A stretch of 64,000 bases of DNA from Camelus dromedarius (lineage: Eukaryota), in contig NC_087437.1 of the NCBI RefSeq assembly GCF_036321535.1, positions 20,028,001 to 20,092,000 on the forward strand. Direction: 5' to 3'. The notes beneath the pieces were generated by a model. The model made no database searches. It worked only from the letters and a program-made list of their open reading frames with translations, and was not told where the DNA came from. This document shows, piece after piece, positions 21,606-35,695 of this stretch; position 1 is the first letter of the stretch, and every line of letters begins with the position of its first letter. The translations under genes and the position numbers were made by a program.

Positions 21606-23225
21606 TTTTTTTTCAATTGAGGTATAATTGATAGAAAGTTCACTCATCTTACAGACACAGAGGATTATGCTTTGTTTTTTGGGTTTTTTTTAAACATTTT
21701 TTATTGATTTATAATCATTTTACAATGTTGTATCAAATTCCAATGTAGAGCACAATTTTTCAGTTATACATGAACATATATATATTCATTGTCACATTTT
21801 TTTCTCTGTGAGCTACCATAAGATCTTGTATATATTTCCCTGTGCTATACAGTATAATCTTGTTTATCTATTCTACAATTTTGAAATCCCAGTCTATCTC
21901 TTCCCACCCCCTACCCCCTTGGCAACCACAAGTTTGTATTCTATGTCTGTGAGTCTATTTCTGTTTTGTATTTATGCTTTGTTTGTTTGTTTGTTTTTTG
22001 TTTTTTTTGTTTTTTTTTTTAGATTCCACATATGAGCGATCTCATATGGTATTTTTCTTTCTCTTTCTGGCTTACTTCACTTAGAATGGCATTCTCCAGG
22101 AGCATCCATGTTGCTGCAAATGGCGTTATGTTGTTGGTTTTTATGGCTGAGTAGTATTCCATTGTATAAATATACCACAGCTTCTTTATCCAGTCATCTG
22201 TTGATGGACATTTAGGCTGTTTCCATGTCTTAGCTATTGTAAATAGTGCTGCTATGAACATTGGGGTGCAGGTGTCTTTTTGAAGTAGGGTTCCTTCTGG
22301 ATATATGCCCAGGAGTGGGATTCCTGGGTCATACGGTAAGTCTATTCCTAGTCTTTTGAGGAATCTCCATACTGTTTTCCACAGTGGCTGCACCAAACTG
22401 CATTCCTATCAGCAGTGTAGGAGGGTTCCCTTTTCTCCATAGCCTCTCCAGCATTTGTCATTTGTGGATTTTTGAATGATGGCCATTCTGACTGATGTGA
22501 GGTGATACCTCATTGTAGTTTTGATTTGCATTTCTCTGATAATTAGTGATATTGAGCATTTTTTCATGTGCCTATTGATCATTTGTATGTCTTCCTTGGA
22601 GAATTTCTTGTTTAGGTCTTCTGCCCATTTTTGGATTGGGTTGTTTGTTTTTTTTCTTATTAAGTCGTATGAGCTGCTTATATATTCTGGAGATCAAGCC
22701 TTTGTCAGTTGCATTTGCAAAAATTTTCTCCCATTCCATAGGTTCTCTTTTTGTTTTACTTAAGGTTTCCTTTGTTGTGCAGATGCTTGTAAGTTTCATT
22801 AGGTCCCATTTGTTTACTCTTGCTTTTATTTCTATTTCTTGGGTAGACTGTTCTAGGAGAATATTTTTGAGATGTATGTCAGATAATGTTTTGCCTATAT
22901 TTTCTTCTAGGAGGTTTATTGTATCTTGTCTTATGTTTAAGTCTTTGATCCATTTTGAGTTTATTTTTGTGTATGGTGTAAAGGATTATGTTTTACACAT
23001 CTGCATAAGCATGTAGCTACTATAGAGATAAAGGTCTGAAACATTTCCAGCATCCCAGAAAGACCCCTTTTGCCTCCCATCCCCAGGGTAATGACTCTTC
23101 TGATTTTTATCACATGGGTCAGTTTGCCTGTTGCCAGCCTTAATAGAAATAGAATCACACAGTAGGTACACTTGGGGCTGGCTCCTTTCCCACGACGTTG
23201 TGTCTGTGAGGCTCATCCTGATGGT
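21606..23225 (-). mobile_element. Old L1M-type 3' end interrupted by a younger L1 insertion
   Basis: tttcaattgaggtataattgatag...acag|aggattatg|ttttacacatctg...aacatttccagcatcccagaaag...aatagaatcacacagtagg reads continuously once 21670-22981 is removed. Confidence 0.7.
21670..22981 (-). mobile_element. Young 5'-truncated LINE-1 (~1.3 kb: ORF2 3' part + 3'UTR + poly(A))
   Basis: ORF2 C-terminus ([28 protein letters not shown]...KEKYHMRSLICGI*), TSD AGGATTATG(C/T)TTT at 21661 and 22982, and a T-rich tail at 21671-21700. Confidence 0.95.
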
Positions 23226-26200
23226 ATTTTACGTGCCCTGAGCTCGTTCCCTGCAGGGCTCCCCTATTCAGATGTCTATAGGGGACCCCTGACTGGGGGA
23301 GGACAGGGAGGAGCCCAGGGCTGCAGACAGGGCTCCTGCCAGCTGCTGTGGACTCAGTGTCAGAGCTCAGGGCATGGGGACGGTGGTCAGGTCACTGCTG
23401 GGTGACCAGGCTCGTGTCCATGGGCTGGAGCTGCCAATGGCGCTGGTTCTTTGAGAAGAGACCATCCAGCATGTACTCCTAGGAGATGGGCCAGGAGATG
23501 CACAGAAGAGGACAGAGCTGTCATGATGGGTGTGGGCAGATGGCCGTGCTCTCAGGAAACCCCTGATTTGCTCTGCCAAGTCACTGACTTGCCTCCCTGA
23601 TCACTGTAGCAATGCCACCCTGTCTCTGCTCAGGCCCGATATGGGCAAATTCAGGAGAGCAGGTGGCATCTGCTTAACTGCAGTGGAGTTGAGCCTCTCA
23701 AGGTTATATATCCCTGTGTCCCTAGCACCTAGCAGATGCCAGGTAGACAGCACATGATCAGTAAAGTTGCTGCCAAAGGAACAAAGGAGGGGAAACAATG
23801 GGCAAATAGTCCTACCTGTTGCTCCTTCAAATACCTTTGTTGTGATGATCAGGCCTCCTTCCCCTGGAGATCCACACCCAGCAGTGCCCTCCTGACTTGT
23901 CCCCAGAGGAGAGCAGGCCTTGCCGGAGCACAGCAGGCCATCCCCCAAGAGTTAACCCATCCTGGGGCTTGCTGCACATTCTTGCAGACCCCAGGCAGTC
24001 TGTCTGCTCCCAGAGCCAGGTCCCTACTCTGTTCACCTCTGTGCCTGCAGCCCCGCCTGGGGTTGAACCAGTGAAGTGAGCTCAGGGAGTCGTGAGGACA
24101 TCAAACTAAAGTACTCATGTCCTCTCTCAAAGAAAGGGAAGTATTAGCAAGGAAGAAGGAATGTCCAAAGGAGGCGATATCCTGAGATTCCTGAACTGTA
24201 TGTAATAACATGTGTGCAAACAGAAAGAAATATTCCCAGTTTGATATCCACGTTCTCTACCCATCCCCTGCCCTGTTAGTGGGATGCTGACTCAGTCACA
24301 TCAGGTCCTGAGCTTTTTGGAGCAGAACCACAGTAATAGGTAAGTGAGAAAATTGAGGGTCTGGATTTATTTGTATTGAAAAGGGCGTACAATGGCTGAT
24401 GGCAGAGAGTAGGTGATATCCCCCGGAAGGCACCAGCAGAGGAGCTGGCCAGAGGTGGGGAAGGCCGGTGCTGGAGGATTTTTGAGTTAGGAGGGTGAGG
24501 AAAGTAATTGGGAAACAGCCTGTGAGAAAGAGAATGTTCAGAATGCTTTGCTGTACATTATGGATGAACTCTCCTTGGACGGACGCTGAGACAGCTCAGG
24601 AGAGACTTGCATTTCTGCTCAGTCATTTCGAGCATAGAACTGGAGCATCTCCCAGTGGGCTGTGATGGAATGTGGGCTGTGGGCAGGCCACTTTATACTG
24701 ACTTCACCTGCAGTGACACACCTGGGGGATGCAGGTGAGGTGCACTGGTGCGGGGAGAGCCAGGGCTGCGTCGGGGGAGCTTGGAGAATTGGTGTTCGTG
24801 ACCTAACCTGTCTGGGATTGCCCCAGTCTTGGTAAAACGAGGGCTTTGGTTCACCGAACTTGATTTGGGATGGTAAATAACTTTCATTCATTGAAAAGCC
24901 CGTTAATTAAAATTATTGGTAGAGTCTTCCAGGAGGGTGTACTGAGAAGGATATGGAGGTAGGATCTGGACTCAGTAAGAAAGGGTGACATGACTGACGT
25001 AATTGACTAGCAGTGTCTGTCCTGGACGCCACGGAGAGCATGGTGGCCGTGGTTTAGAGTTTCCCTAAGGTCCCTTCCAAGGCTCAAGGTCGAAGTGTGA
25101 GTGTGAGTCCAGGTGTGTGGTAGATACAGCCTCACAAGGTGGGGGTGTATTTAAATATTTAAAATCCCATGCAAAGAGCAATTCCTATAGAATAGGAAAC
25201 TTGTAAGTGCTTTTCAGTGAATTCTTAAATAAATACATATGGCTGCCTTGAATACTGGACTATATAGGCACAAATTTTTTTCTTTTTAATAAATATTGAT
25301 TCCATGCCAAGAATGTGGCAGGCACTGTGGGAGGGACCAGCGGGATGCTGTTCCTGCCCTCAGTGAGCTTGTGGACTCTGAGGAGGTTTCAGAAATGAAA
25401 ACATAAAACAAACACATTAAGCTCACCCTGATCACATCCGTCTCAGGGTAACTGGTGTAGAGAAAGAGTATCTCGGGAGCTGCCCACTGCAGGTGGCGCA
25501 GGGCTTGGGGTTCTGCAGTCACCGCTCGTTTGCCTGTCTCTCCTAATCAGAAACATTAGGAGAAGGGGAAGGGGAACATTTTCAGTTACCCAATCAGTTT
25601 ACTCTGAGAAATGCTCCCAGGCCCCCATTCACAGTCCACTCCTCAAGATTTTATGGGAAAAGGGTCTTTGATTTTAAAAGCTTGATAGTACAATTCTGTA
25701 ATCCACAGCTGATTCGAAGTGCACGTTTTGAGATTGGGAGTGAGGAATGGAGCATCTCAGAGGGAGTCTTCTGATCAAGATTAGAAAAGAAGCTATCTCA
25801 GAGGCAGCCAGAGCTGAGCCTGGAATCCACAAGCAGGAAGGGGAACACAAAACCAATGACACTCCAGCCTTAGAGGCACTGTCCTCCCCCTCATCCACCA
25901 GCCCTCTACGCACAAGCCGCTGCATCGGATTAGCTAACTGGTCCAGAGAGAACAGGGGCGTGGGGACAGGGATGCTTCCTACAGGAAGCAGGCAACTGGC
26001 CATCCCAACCCCAGAGAAATCTGCTCAACAGTGGGATTGCATAGGCAGTAATCAGCACACCAGCCGGAAACTGTATATCCCAGTTGGCAAAGGATGGTGG
26101 GGGTGCATTGCTGAGCAAGCCCCTCATACACATTCCCCCAAGCATCACAGAGAGCCTCTCTCCAAGTGCGCAAGTGCAGACAGGTGGCGCAGTGGTTGCA

Positions 26201-26939
26201 GTGGGCCCGCGGGGGCTGGGGTGAGCCGAGGAGCGTGTGGGGCCCACAGAACTGTAGCTTCCTTCAGCATGGGTGACAAAGAACTTTTGATTTTTCAAGA
26301 AGCTGGAAACTGGGGCTGCTTGTGAAATCTTCCAAGTATAAAATATGGATAACTAATTCAATTTTTTAAAACACTCTATGGACCAAAGAACCTTGCCTGT
26401 GACCTTTTTTTCTTTTTCTTTTTTTTTTTTTTTTGTCCAAAATTCCTTCTTCTCCCCTGTCTCCTTCTCCATGTGTGGTCTCCATCTGCTTGGAGGGTTA
26501 TTACTATCCTGTGCACACCGAGGAAACCAACTTACAGGGTGGTGTGGTGATTTGCTGAAGTTCCCAGAGCGGGTGGCCAGAGGAACTGAATTTTGCAACT
26601 AGGTCTGAGTTAAAAGGGAGTCACACTTCTCTCACTGTCCTGGTGTTCAGCTGTGTATTACTTTAACATTTCAGGCATCTCGACTCTTATCATTTGGAAC
26701 CCATCCTCACCAAGCTGAGGCGGGGTTCCTTTGCAAAAGAGTCTTCTGAGTTGCTGTGTCCAGGGGGAAAGTGATGATCACTCTTCAAAATGATTTCCTC
26801 CCCTAAAACTGAGCTGTTATCTCCCCCAGAAATGACATACAGAAATGATCAGCAGAGCTGGGGATTAGGTACCATCCCTAAGTCCCTGTGTTAGATCTAT
26901 TTTCCTAACGCAAGTGGAGGTTTATCTCTTTGTTCTTTA

Positions 26940-27240
26940 GATAGATAGATATGATTGATAGGTAGGTGGATAGAGAGATAGAGAAATAGATTTATTTTAT
27001 AAAACATAGTTCCAAAGACTAATACAGGAAAGCACTGTTTTCCTACCATCCAGCTTAAGAAATAAAACATCACCAGTTCCGGTGAAGCCCTGTGTGCTCC
27101 TCTCTGACCAGCTCTTCCAGATTTCACAGCAGGAAGTTGCTGTTTATCATTTTCATGCATTCCTCCATCTTTCTGAGAGCCACAGTCTATGTACTTTATT
27201 AGGTTACATTCACCCATACATGGATACTGTACACCCGTAC
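26940..27240 (-). mobile_element. Old L1M fragment with (GATA)n-like low-complexity start
   Basis: cctaccatccagcttaagaaataaaacatcaccagttc is a typical old L1 3'-end motif. Confidence 0.5.
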
Positions 27241-30194
27241 AGTCACCCATGTGCACCGCATGTGCACACACACATGCGTGCACCCACACCCACATCCACA
27301 CAGAGTTTCTATTTTTCCTGACAGGTGATTCCTGCCTCACTTTCTGCCCCAGATCTTATCTGGTCTCTTCCGTGAGCCTGTGGGCTCAGTGGGCTGATGG
27401 CATTACCCTCAATTTTTGAAGGAGGAATAAGGACTTCAAGAGAGAGTGGGAGATGGGCACGAATCTCCCAGATGGCAGAGCCAGACCTGCACCCGGGCCT
27501 CCTCCGCCTGGCCCTGGGGCCCCCTCCCAGCTCCCAGCCACAGCAGGGTCTCTGCTTTGCTCTGGGTCACTCAGTCACAGACAAAGGTGCGTGAGTCGAA
27601 ACAGAAAAGTCATTTCTCCTCAGATTGAAAATAGCAAGCCTCTGTTGAAATTTGTTTTTCCAATTTATGTAACACATTCTTTTTCCCTTTTAACTTCTCT
27701 CATTAATTGATAATGTTCCCTGCCCAATCAGTTTCTTTTGATTGCTCCTTTCTTTAAAGCTGAGGGCTGGGAGCTGGGTAGGTAACATTTAAGTTATGAC
27801 TTGTTTAGGAAATTAATATTGGCATTTTCTGCATGACTTGCCTTTCTTCCGTGGGTTTCTTTGCTCTAATTCTCTGTTAGAAGCTCCAACTGTAAAGGAA
27901 GTACAGGCTAATTAAAAATTGGAAGCTGGTAAGTTTCACCTTGGGCAACTTGTATGTTCTTTTGGCAGGAATTGATGCAATTATTGATCAAATAAAATTG
28001 TCAACCAAAAGAACATATCTTTTTTTTTTTTTAAGAGAAAGCAGTAAGATATTTATTGTTGAAATCAAGCCTCTACCAAAGATGCAGTAATGATATATGA
28101 AAACCAGTCAGGTTTTTGTCAAAATGAAGAATTATGTCTAATAAAATCTAAATGCTATCAGATTTTTTTGAATGAAAGAATAGATTGGGCTTCTAATTTA
28201 TTGTTGAGCTAAAAAGCATATATTAGGCATACAATAATTATTCACTAAATGCTTGTCAAATTGAACTGAATTGAAAACACATCAAGACACCATCACCTTT
28301 AACCAGTCTTTAAGGTAACAGCAATTGTAGGGCTGTTCCACCTGTATAATATAGATGGAGACAAAAACAATCTGAGTGATTTTTTTCCCAAGAAAATCGT
28401 ATTATTCACCCACTGCCGAGGGTTGTGGGGATCAAGTTCTCAAATCAGGGGTGTCTGTTGTCACTGTGAATTTCCCAGCTCAAGAGCTGCTCCTCCCAGG
28501 TGTGCCCACGTTCTGTGGAAAGAGGTGCTCCAGCAGCACAAATCCTCTCAAAGTCAATGCAAACATCTGTCCAAAATGGTTCATTCCAGAGTGTCTGTTC
28601 TCCAGCAAACTTCAGGTCACATTTCTCAGTGTGAAGACTTTCCTTGGTCAATAGTCTGTGTTTGCCGGGCTGCCGGCAGCCCAGCACAAGCTTAGCCATC
28701 TCGGCCGGACATTGGGTACAGAGGGATGGACAGAGCTGGGGCCCAGCGGACAGCTGGAATCAGGATGATCTCCATCCAGGCAGCTCCCTGTCCTGGCCTG
28801 CCACCCTCACCTCCCATCCCTGCCCCAGAAAGCCAAGCCCGAGACAAAGGCTTGTTGATTCCAGGGGATGAGATTAGGGGTTGAGTACAGTGCAAGATGC
28901 ACAGGGAGAAAAGTGGATACAAAGGAATGTCTGGATTCCCATTGTGAGAGCATCCCCAGTGCTCAGGAGGATAGGAATGAACCATTGAGCCAAACAGCAC
29001 TTCCAAAACCTTCAAAGACTTGGCATCTCATCTTTCAGAATAGGTATGGATCGGCAGGGGAAGGGGGTATCCTTCCTTATGATTACCAAGGTGGCTTTAG
29101 CCCAAATTTTTAACCCAACAGCTGGTTACTAATCATTTCCTCTTCTCAGTAGACAAGGCATAACCTTCATGTGAAAAGCGGTCAGCAGAACAGGAAACAG
29201 GAAGGTCATTAATGGATGTGGGCAAATTACGTGTCGTCTATATACCTACTGTCATCTTTGAATGTTTAATCATGAACACAAATCATGTAAACAAAAACAG
29301 AAGTGAAAATTTGAGGAAAGAAAGAAGAGTGGAAAGAAAGGCAGAAGGAAGGAGGGCGAGAGAAAGGAAGAGATGGAGGGAGGTCTCTACTTCCGGACAT
29401 ATGTCAAAATCAATGCACAGCCAACTCATTCTCCTGGCCTTTCCCCTTCTCACCCAAGACCCCCAGCGGTAAGAAATGATGATCACACCAACTCCCTAGG
29501 GTCCTCTCAGAGACCCAGCTCTTTGGAACAAGATTCTATTGCAATCACTGAACACCATTTCCAGAATGTTTTGGAAGAGTCTTCAGTGCTGGCTGAGAAA
29601 AAGCGCAATGGATCAGGGTATTCGGATTCCCTGAGGTTTTTCGTGGAATTCAGCCTCCCCAGTCCAGAATCTCATTTCTGAGGTTCGTGTATTGGATTGA
29701 GGAAATGCTGATCGATTGTTTTGATTTCCCTTCTTCTCACTAGGCTCCAGTTAGCAGCTCCTGCTCCCCACCAACAGCATTGACTAATTATCGCTTGCAA
29801 TGCCATCATCAATGCCCTGGAAGGTCCTATTAACTCCGTCCAAGGGATTTATATGAAAATGACCGTGAACTAGGCTTGGGCACTAATGAATTAATCTATT
29901 AGTGGGGAAAATGCAGTCACTTCTGAGCAGGCCAGGGCATTCTCCACAGCCCCCTGAATAGCTGGGTTCTTTGTATACATCCTTCATAAACTCCCCCACC
30001 CCTGGAGCCTCCCCAGACACCTCTCCTCCCCCTCACCTGCTCCTCCTCACCTGGGCCATGCTGCCACTATTGCACTAGTGCCTTGATCACACTGCTCAAG
30101 TTCTCTGGGATCCCCACTGGTTGCTTCTTCAGGAGGAGGACCATAGTAATTCCCTTTGTGCCCACATGACCCAACACACAGTGGCCCCAAGATA

Positions 30195-30410
30195 GCCAAA
30201 CCAAGTGTTTACTGTGTGCTGGGCATGGTTCCAAAGGCTTTACCTGCTTTCAATCCTGTATTCTTCAGAACTCTGTGAGATGAGTTGTGGTATCATGCCC
30301 ATTATATAGATGGGGAAACTGAGACACAGGACAGTTTAGTTACTTGTTGAGGGTCACACAGCTAGGAAAGAGAGATGCTGGGATCCAAACCCAAAAAGCC
30401 TGGTTCAGAA
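30195..30410 (-). mobile_element. MIR SINE
   Basis: cccattatatagatggggaaactgagacacagg...agggtcacacagctagga. Confidence 0.85.
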
Positions 30411-32249
30411 TCTGATTTCAAAGTTTATTGGCAATCACTGAGTTGTACTTTTAGAAACTGAGGTCTTTCTTCAGGTACCTAGTTAATATCTGTTTGCAAC
30501 TGGTCAAAAACTTAAGCTGAAGGAATAGCACATACAGAGATCATAGCCTAATTTCATAGCATAATCCCAGCTGTGGCACAATGCTGACCAGTCCTCTATC
30601 CTATTTCAAACCCTCTCATAACTCCTCACTGCCTTCAGAGTCAAGATCAAACACCTGATCAAACCTTTACTCCCTTCCTTCTTTAACAGACAAGACTGGC
30701 TTATCCTAGGTGACATTTTTTGAATGAAGAATGAATGAATGTACAAATGAGCACGTGCATGCACTAAAAGACACACCTGTATGAGGACAGCATACCTTTC
30801 TAGATTCACATCCCTGCCAACGTGCTCATGAACTAAAAAACATAATCCCATCAACAGTCTCATGTGTCAGTTTCTTATACATCAGAAAGATTTAAGGACC
30901 GAAAACATAGGATTTTATCAGGATCTCCTATATGCTAAATGATGACAAATTTTCATACTGAGTCAGGCGAAGTTGTCTTTTCGGCTTAGAAACAGGGCTT
31001 GTGAGGCATGTAAAATAGTCTCTGAAGCCTCTTTGCCCAGACTACTAGATGCTGAACAGACGTTTTTAAGGCTTTTAAAACCAGACTTTATGTAAAAGGT
31101 GGAGAAGTAAAGATCAAAAGTCCCTCCAGTGCTCTAATTTTGCCAGTAGGCATCGGAAGAAGCTTTCATGATCTTTTTGCATGTTTAAGATAATGACGGA
31201 TTCTGGAATTGTCTCAGAACTCCCACTTCAGGAATTTTTTTGAGTCTGGTTTGGAATGGGATTGAGTTCATCTTGCAGTCATTTACCGAGCCATTCCCCA
31301 CGGTTCAGGCACTGCAGTCGGCCCCAGGTCGGGACCTGGGGGCCCGGTAATGGAGGGAGCTTTTGAGGTGACCAAGAGAATAGAGTCCTGCCTTCACAGA
31401 GCTTCCCATAGCTGAGCACACTACTACAGCAGGACATGTCTGCAAGGTGCGGCAGAGCATCCAGCCAGAGGAGTTCTTTGACTTGGACCGCAGAAAACCA
31501 GTTCTGTGCTTTTGGAGGGCTGGCATTTGAGGTGAGGTTGAAGGACAGGTGGAGATTGTTGCAAATGAGGAGGAGGAGGAGGAGGGAAGAAAGGGGCATC
31601 CCTATGTCTCCTTCTCAGAAGTTCCTGGTCCATGGCAGGAAACAGACCCAAACACATCCAACCATAGTGCAGCCAACCAATGGTGCAGGGAAGGCTCTTG
31701 CCCTACTGAGATCCTGGCAGGGTCCAGGCTCACCCTCCACTTTGGAGAGTAGCATGCATAATGCAAGTGTGCTCGATCCACACTTTCTCCTCCGTCCTCA
31801 AACCACCTTTAGTCTTTACTCCTCTAGCTGTTGACCCTGCTCCACATGTCATCGTGAAAATAGAAGCCATCAGGAGACAGCTCCCTCACCTTCCCAGCCT
31901 TCAGTGGAGGTGAGACCTCGTTCCTCTCAGGGCCAGTCCTGCAGAGGTACTTTTTTCATGCCCCTTGCTAAGGGACCACTCCCATCAGCACACAGTCTCA
32001 ACTACCTGATATTAAGGGAAAAGCAAAACATTAAATCCCTATCTTTACCTTCAGCTGCATCCAAAGATCTCTTCCACCCTTTCCAGCCATCTCTGTTCAA
32101 CTCTCTACACCCCAGTCTCCTCATCTATAAAAGGGGGCTATGATGAATAATCATCCTAGAAGGTTGTTGAAAAATTGAATCAGTGAATCTGAAAGGGCCT
32201 GCCCCAGGATGGGTTTGCACTGCTGGTTAGCCGTTACTAATCTCCAGCA

Positions 32250-33160
32250 AGTTGCCTGCATTCATGCCCCACCGCCTCACCTTATTACTCCTCACTCCCT
32301 CCCACATGTCCTCCCTCCCTAACGTGCAGCTGAAATTGCTTTTGTCAAGGTCACTAGCACTAGGCATGAAGTTCAATCAGATGCAGTCTCCCCTGTCTGC
32401 TCCCCGCTGGACCTCACATCAATCAATAATCACTGCCCTCTCCTTTTTGAGACACTTCCTTGGACTCTGGGATTCCATGCTGTCACTGGAAAGTTCCTCC
32501 TCAGTCCCTTTGTGGCCTCCCCTTCTTCCACTAGATAGCCAAATACTGGAGAGTCTTTTATGCACTGTTTTTACCTGTCCACCCTCTCCAAGCCAGACCT
32601 CTCGTGACCCCCAGGCCTGCATGTTCCCCTGGTTACTTGTCATCTCTGCTCCCCCGTCTCACCAGCACCTTGAATCCAATGTCAAAAGCAGAGCCCTGTC
32701 CCCTCCTCCTACCTCAGATGGTCGTTCCCCAGTCCTCTCCATCTGCAGCAGGAGCTCCCAACCACTGAGACTCACGATCATCGCTAAGTCTTCCCTGCCC
32801 ATCCACATCCACGGCCACATTGTCCCCCTTCTCCCACTGCTCTTGCCCTTGCTTGGGAAACACACCCTGTGGCCTCTCTCCGTTCCTCCAACAGACTGGG
32901 TCTTTACACTTGCTGCTCCGTCCCTGGGATTCACGGCTTTCCTCTGCTTCCACACCATTGTGAGCATCTTAGCCCAAACATCTCCTCCTCAATGAAGCCT
33001 CGTCTGATTCACCCAGTTAGCTATGCCGTTGATATTTGTTTCTTTTCTATCTGCCCCACTGAAATAGAGCCCCACTGCGTGCAAGAACATTATTGAGCAC
33101 AACTGTGGCCTGAGCTGGCCATGCACCAACTCCTTCACAAACCTTTGTTGAGGAATGAAC
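32250..33160 (+). mobile_element. Degenerate L2 LINE fragment(s)
   Basis: Pyrimidine-rich L2 motifs (ctgaaattgcttttgtcaaggtcactag, cttccttggactctgggattccatg, tctttacacttgctgctcc, caaacatctcctcctcaatgaagcct) ending in tttgttgaggaatgaa. Confidence 0.65.
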
Positions 33161-33264
33161 CAATAGACACTTCTGCCCACATGCTGCAGCCTTGACCTCT
33201 TCTTGCCCCAGCATTCCTGACTGCCTGTTAGAACAGGTGCTGTGCAGAGAAGAGAATCAGGCAG

Positions 33265-33420
33265 GATGCAGAGTCCAAAGACTCGGATGTAAATCCATTT
33301 TTCAGTCTTTCTTAGTCAAGTGACATTAAGCAAGTTACTTAACCTCTCTCAGGCTCAATTTCATCATCAGGATGAGACTAAAGATCTATCATTCACAGGG
33401 TGGCTGAGTGAGCTGTGCCC
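33265..33420 (+). mobile_element. MIR SINE
   Basis: gtgacattaagcaagttacttaacctctctcaggctcaattttcatcatc. Confidence 0.75.
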
Positions 33421-33719
33421 AATAAGGTATATGCCCTGTGCTTTATAAAATCACAGAGTACTTTCAGTGCCATATATTTCAACTAGGAATAGCGCTTGCG
33501 GGTAGCTATTGTCATTTTCACTTTTAACCAATGGGGAAGCAGGGACTCCATGAGGCTGGGGACCGGTTTTCATCCCCATCCACGAAGTGTGAGTGTATCA
33601 AACCCTGCCACCAGTGAGCATTCATCTTCTCTCTCCTTTCCTCCCTTCTCTTTAAAATTTTCTATCAATACTTAGCTTTGTATATATTGTTTTGCCAATT
33701 TTCTAGGAAAAAATACCTT

Positions 33720-34950
33720 GTCTTCCTTTATATTTAATTTATCATAAGCAAGAATGTGCCTATGATCACATTTTCATGTGTTTATTGACTATTTATATTT
33801 TCCCTGCAAATTGCCTATTTGTGCTCTCTGTCCATTTTGGGGGGAAGGTATTAAACTCTTCCTTATGGCTTTGGAATCGGTTTGTATATTAGGGATGTTA
33901 GCCTTTTATCCATCACATAAGTTAAAATATCCCCCCTAGCTTTTAAATTTATCTTTTAATTTTATCATAGTTTCTCCTTTACAGAAAAGCTTGTAAAAAA
34001 TTATAAAAGGATTTACCCACATTTTTGTTCAATATTTAGGTACTTGTATTATTTACATATAGATCTTTGATCTACCTGAAATTTATTTTGGTTTAAAAAA
34101 ATAATGTAACGATTTAGCTTTTTTTTACCCCTGAAGAGTTACACAACTGCTCCAACCGTTCTCTGTTGAATAGTCATCTCTGCTTCTCTCCTACCCTCAT
34201 TTCCAGGGCAGCTTTTCTACCAGATTTGTTTATGAATTCTCCATGCTCCTCTCCTGATCCATTTATCTATTCTTGTGCCTCCGTCCCACAGCTTTCTACC
34301 TTTAACTGTCTTCGGATCTGGAAAGACCTATTCTGAAGTCCCCTGGCTGTCTTCACTTGTTTATTCTTGAAGGTGATCTTTAGAATCTTTAGAACCGCAG
34401 TGTCATTTCCCTAAAAACCATCCTGTGGGAAAGTTGGTAGAGGCAGGGCATGTAGATTGAAGACGTTGATACATCCCGGTAAGTTGCCCTCTGGGAAGTT
34501 TGAGCTAATTTACATTCGCACCATCCCCTCGTGCCTCCGCCCACATCGGGCACTTTTTTCTTGCCTCATTGCTGGAATGGACTATGACACCCTGTTGCCA
34601 TTTCAATTTGCATTGCTTTGGTTACTAGGAAGGCTGATGTTTTCAGATGTTTACGGCTCGCTTGTCTTATTTTTTTATGGATTGTCTAATTCACACTCTT
34701 CCATAATTTAATTGGGATGCCCATCATTTTCTAACTGGTTTGTAAGAGCTCTTTATAAATTAATGATACCAACCCTTTGTCTGTCATATACAATGCAAAC
34801 ATTTAAAAAATTTATTTGACATTTACGTTTGTTTTCCCTATAGAAGTTTGTGAATTTTTATGTGTACCTGACACATAAATATGTATTAGTTGAATGTTGA
34901 ATCAATAAAGTCAGATCTACCAATATTGTCTTTATGGTTTCTGGCTCTGA
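33720..34950 (-). mobile_element. Old L1ME-type fragments
   Basis: cattttcatgtgtttattgactatttata, tttgatctacctgaaatttattttgg and ttgtaagagctctttataaattaatgataccaaccctttgtctgtcatata. Confidence 0.65.
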
Positions 34951-35695
34951 CCATCTCTCTTGGGAGGGCTGTGTTGTATTATTTCTGATCATGGCAAAGG
35001 CTACACTGTCACATCCATTTTTTCATTAGTTCCTCATAACTGCCCTGTTAGGTAGGGAAAAAAGGGGTCATTTGAGTTAATGTTCAAATTTAGAACCAGA
35101 GGTTCAGGAGAGACGCAGAATCAAGATGGGATGTAGCCAGCAGGAGCTGCCAGTCTGCTGGGCAGACAGACAGATGGATGGACAGACAAGGGCTGGAACT
35201 CAGGAGAGTTCCAATTCCTTCAGGTGAAATTTAGACACCTCCCCCACCCCCCAACTGTTCCTCTATGCGGAGTTCTCTGGGCATTATTTAGAGTAATTAA
35301 CTTCTTACTAATATATTGACTAACTAGGAAACATTTGGGCTCCTCTGATTTGATTGTTTGCCAACTATTTTGGCCAGTTTGGAATTTAGTCAGTCAGCCT
35401 CAGTCTTTGAAGTGATCCCTGAATTGACTTTAAGAATCAGTCTTGCACAGAAATCACACGGACACTCAGAGAGCTGAGGGAGATGGACTCTCACGCCCAT
35501 GGTTTTTAAACAGGCGCAAAGGACTTGCGAAAGGTGGCCACCTCCAGCATTGAAACTGTAACTTAGTCAGTCGTTATTAATAGTTATTATTCATATGAGT
35601 GCCTTTGCTTCTGCAACTTCCTTTTCAGAAGATTTCCTCCAACAGCATTCATTTGATTCTCACAATGAAGTATGAAGCAATTACTACAGAGGAGA

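Noticed and set aside
25747..26325. 192-aa ATG-initiated ORF
   Set aside because: No recognisable protein motifs or exon structure; consistent with a chance ORF in GC-rich DNA.
32252..32995. Longest non-L1 ORF (247 aa)
   Set aside because: It starts at TTG, is Leu/Ser/Pro-biased, lies in pyrimidine-rich degenerate L2 sequence and has no recognisable domain.
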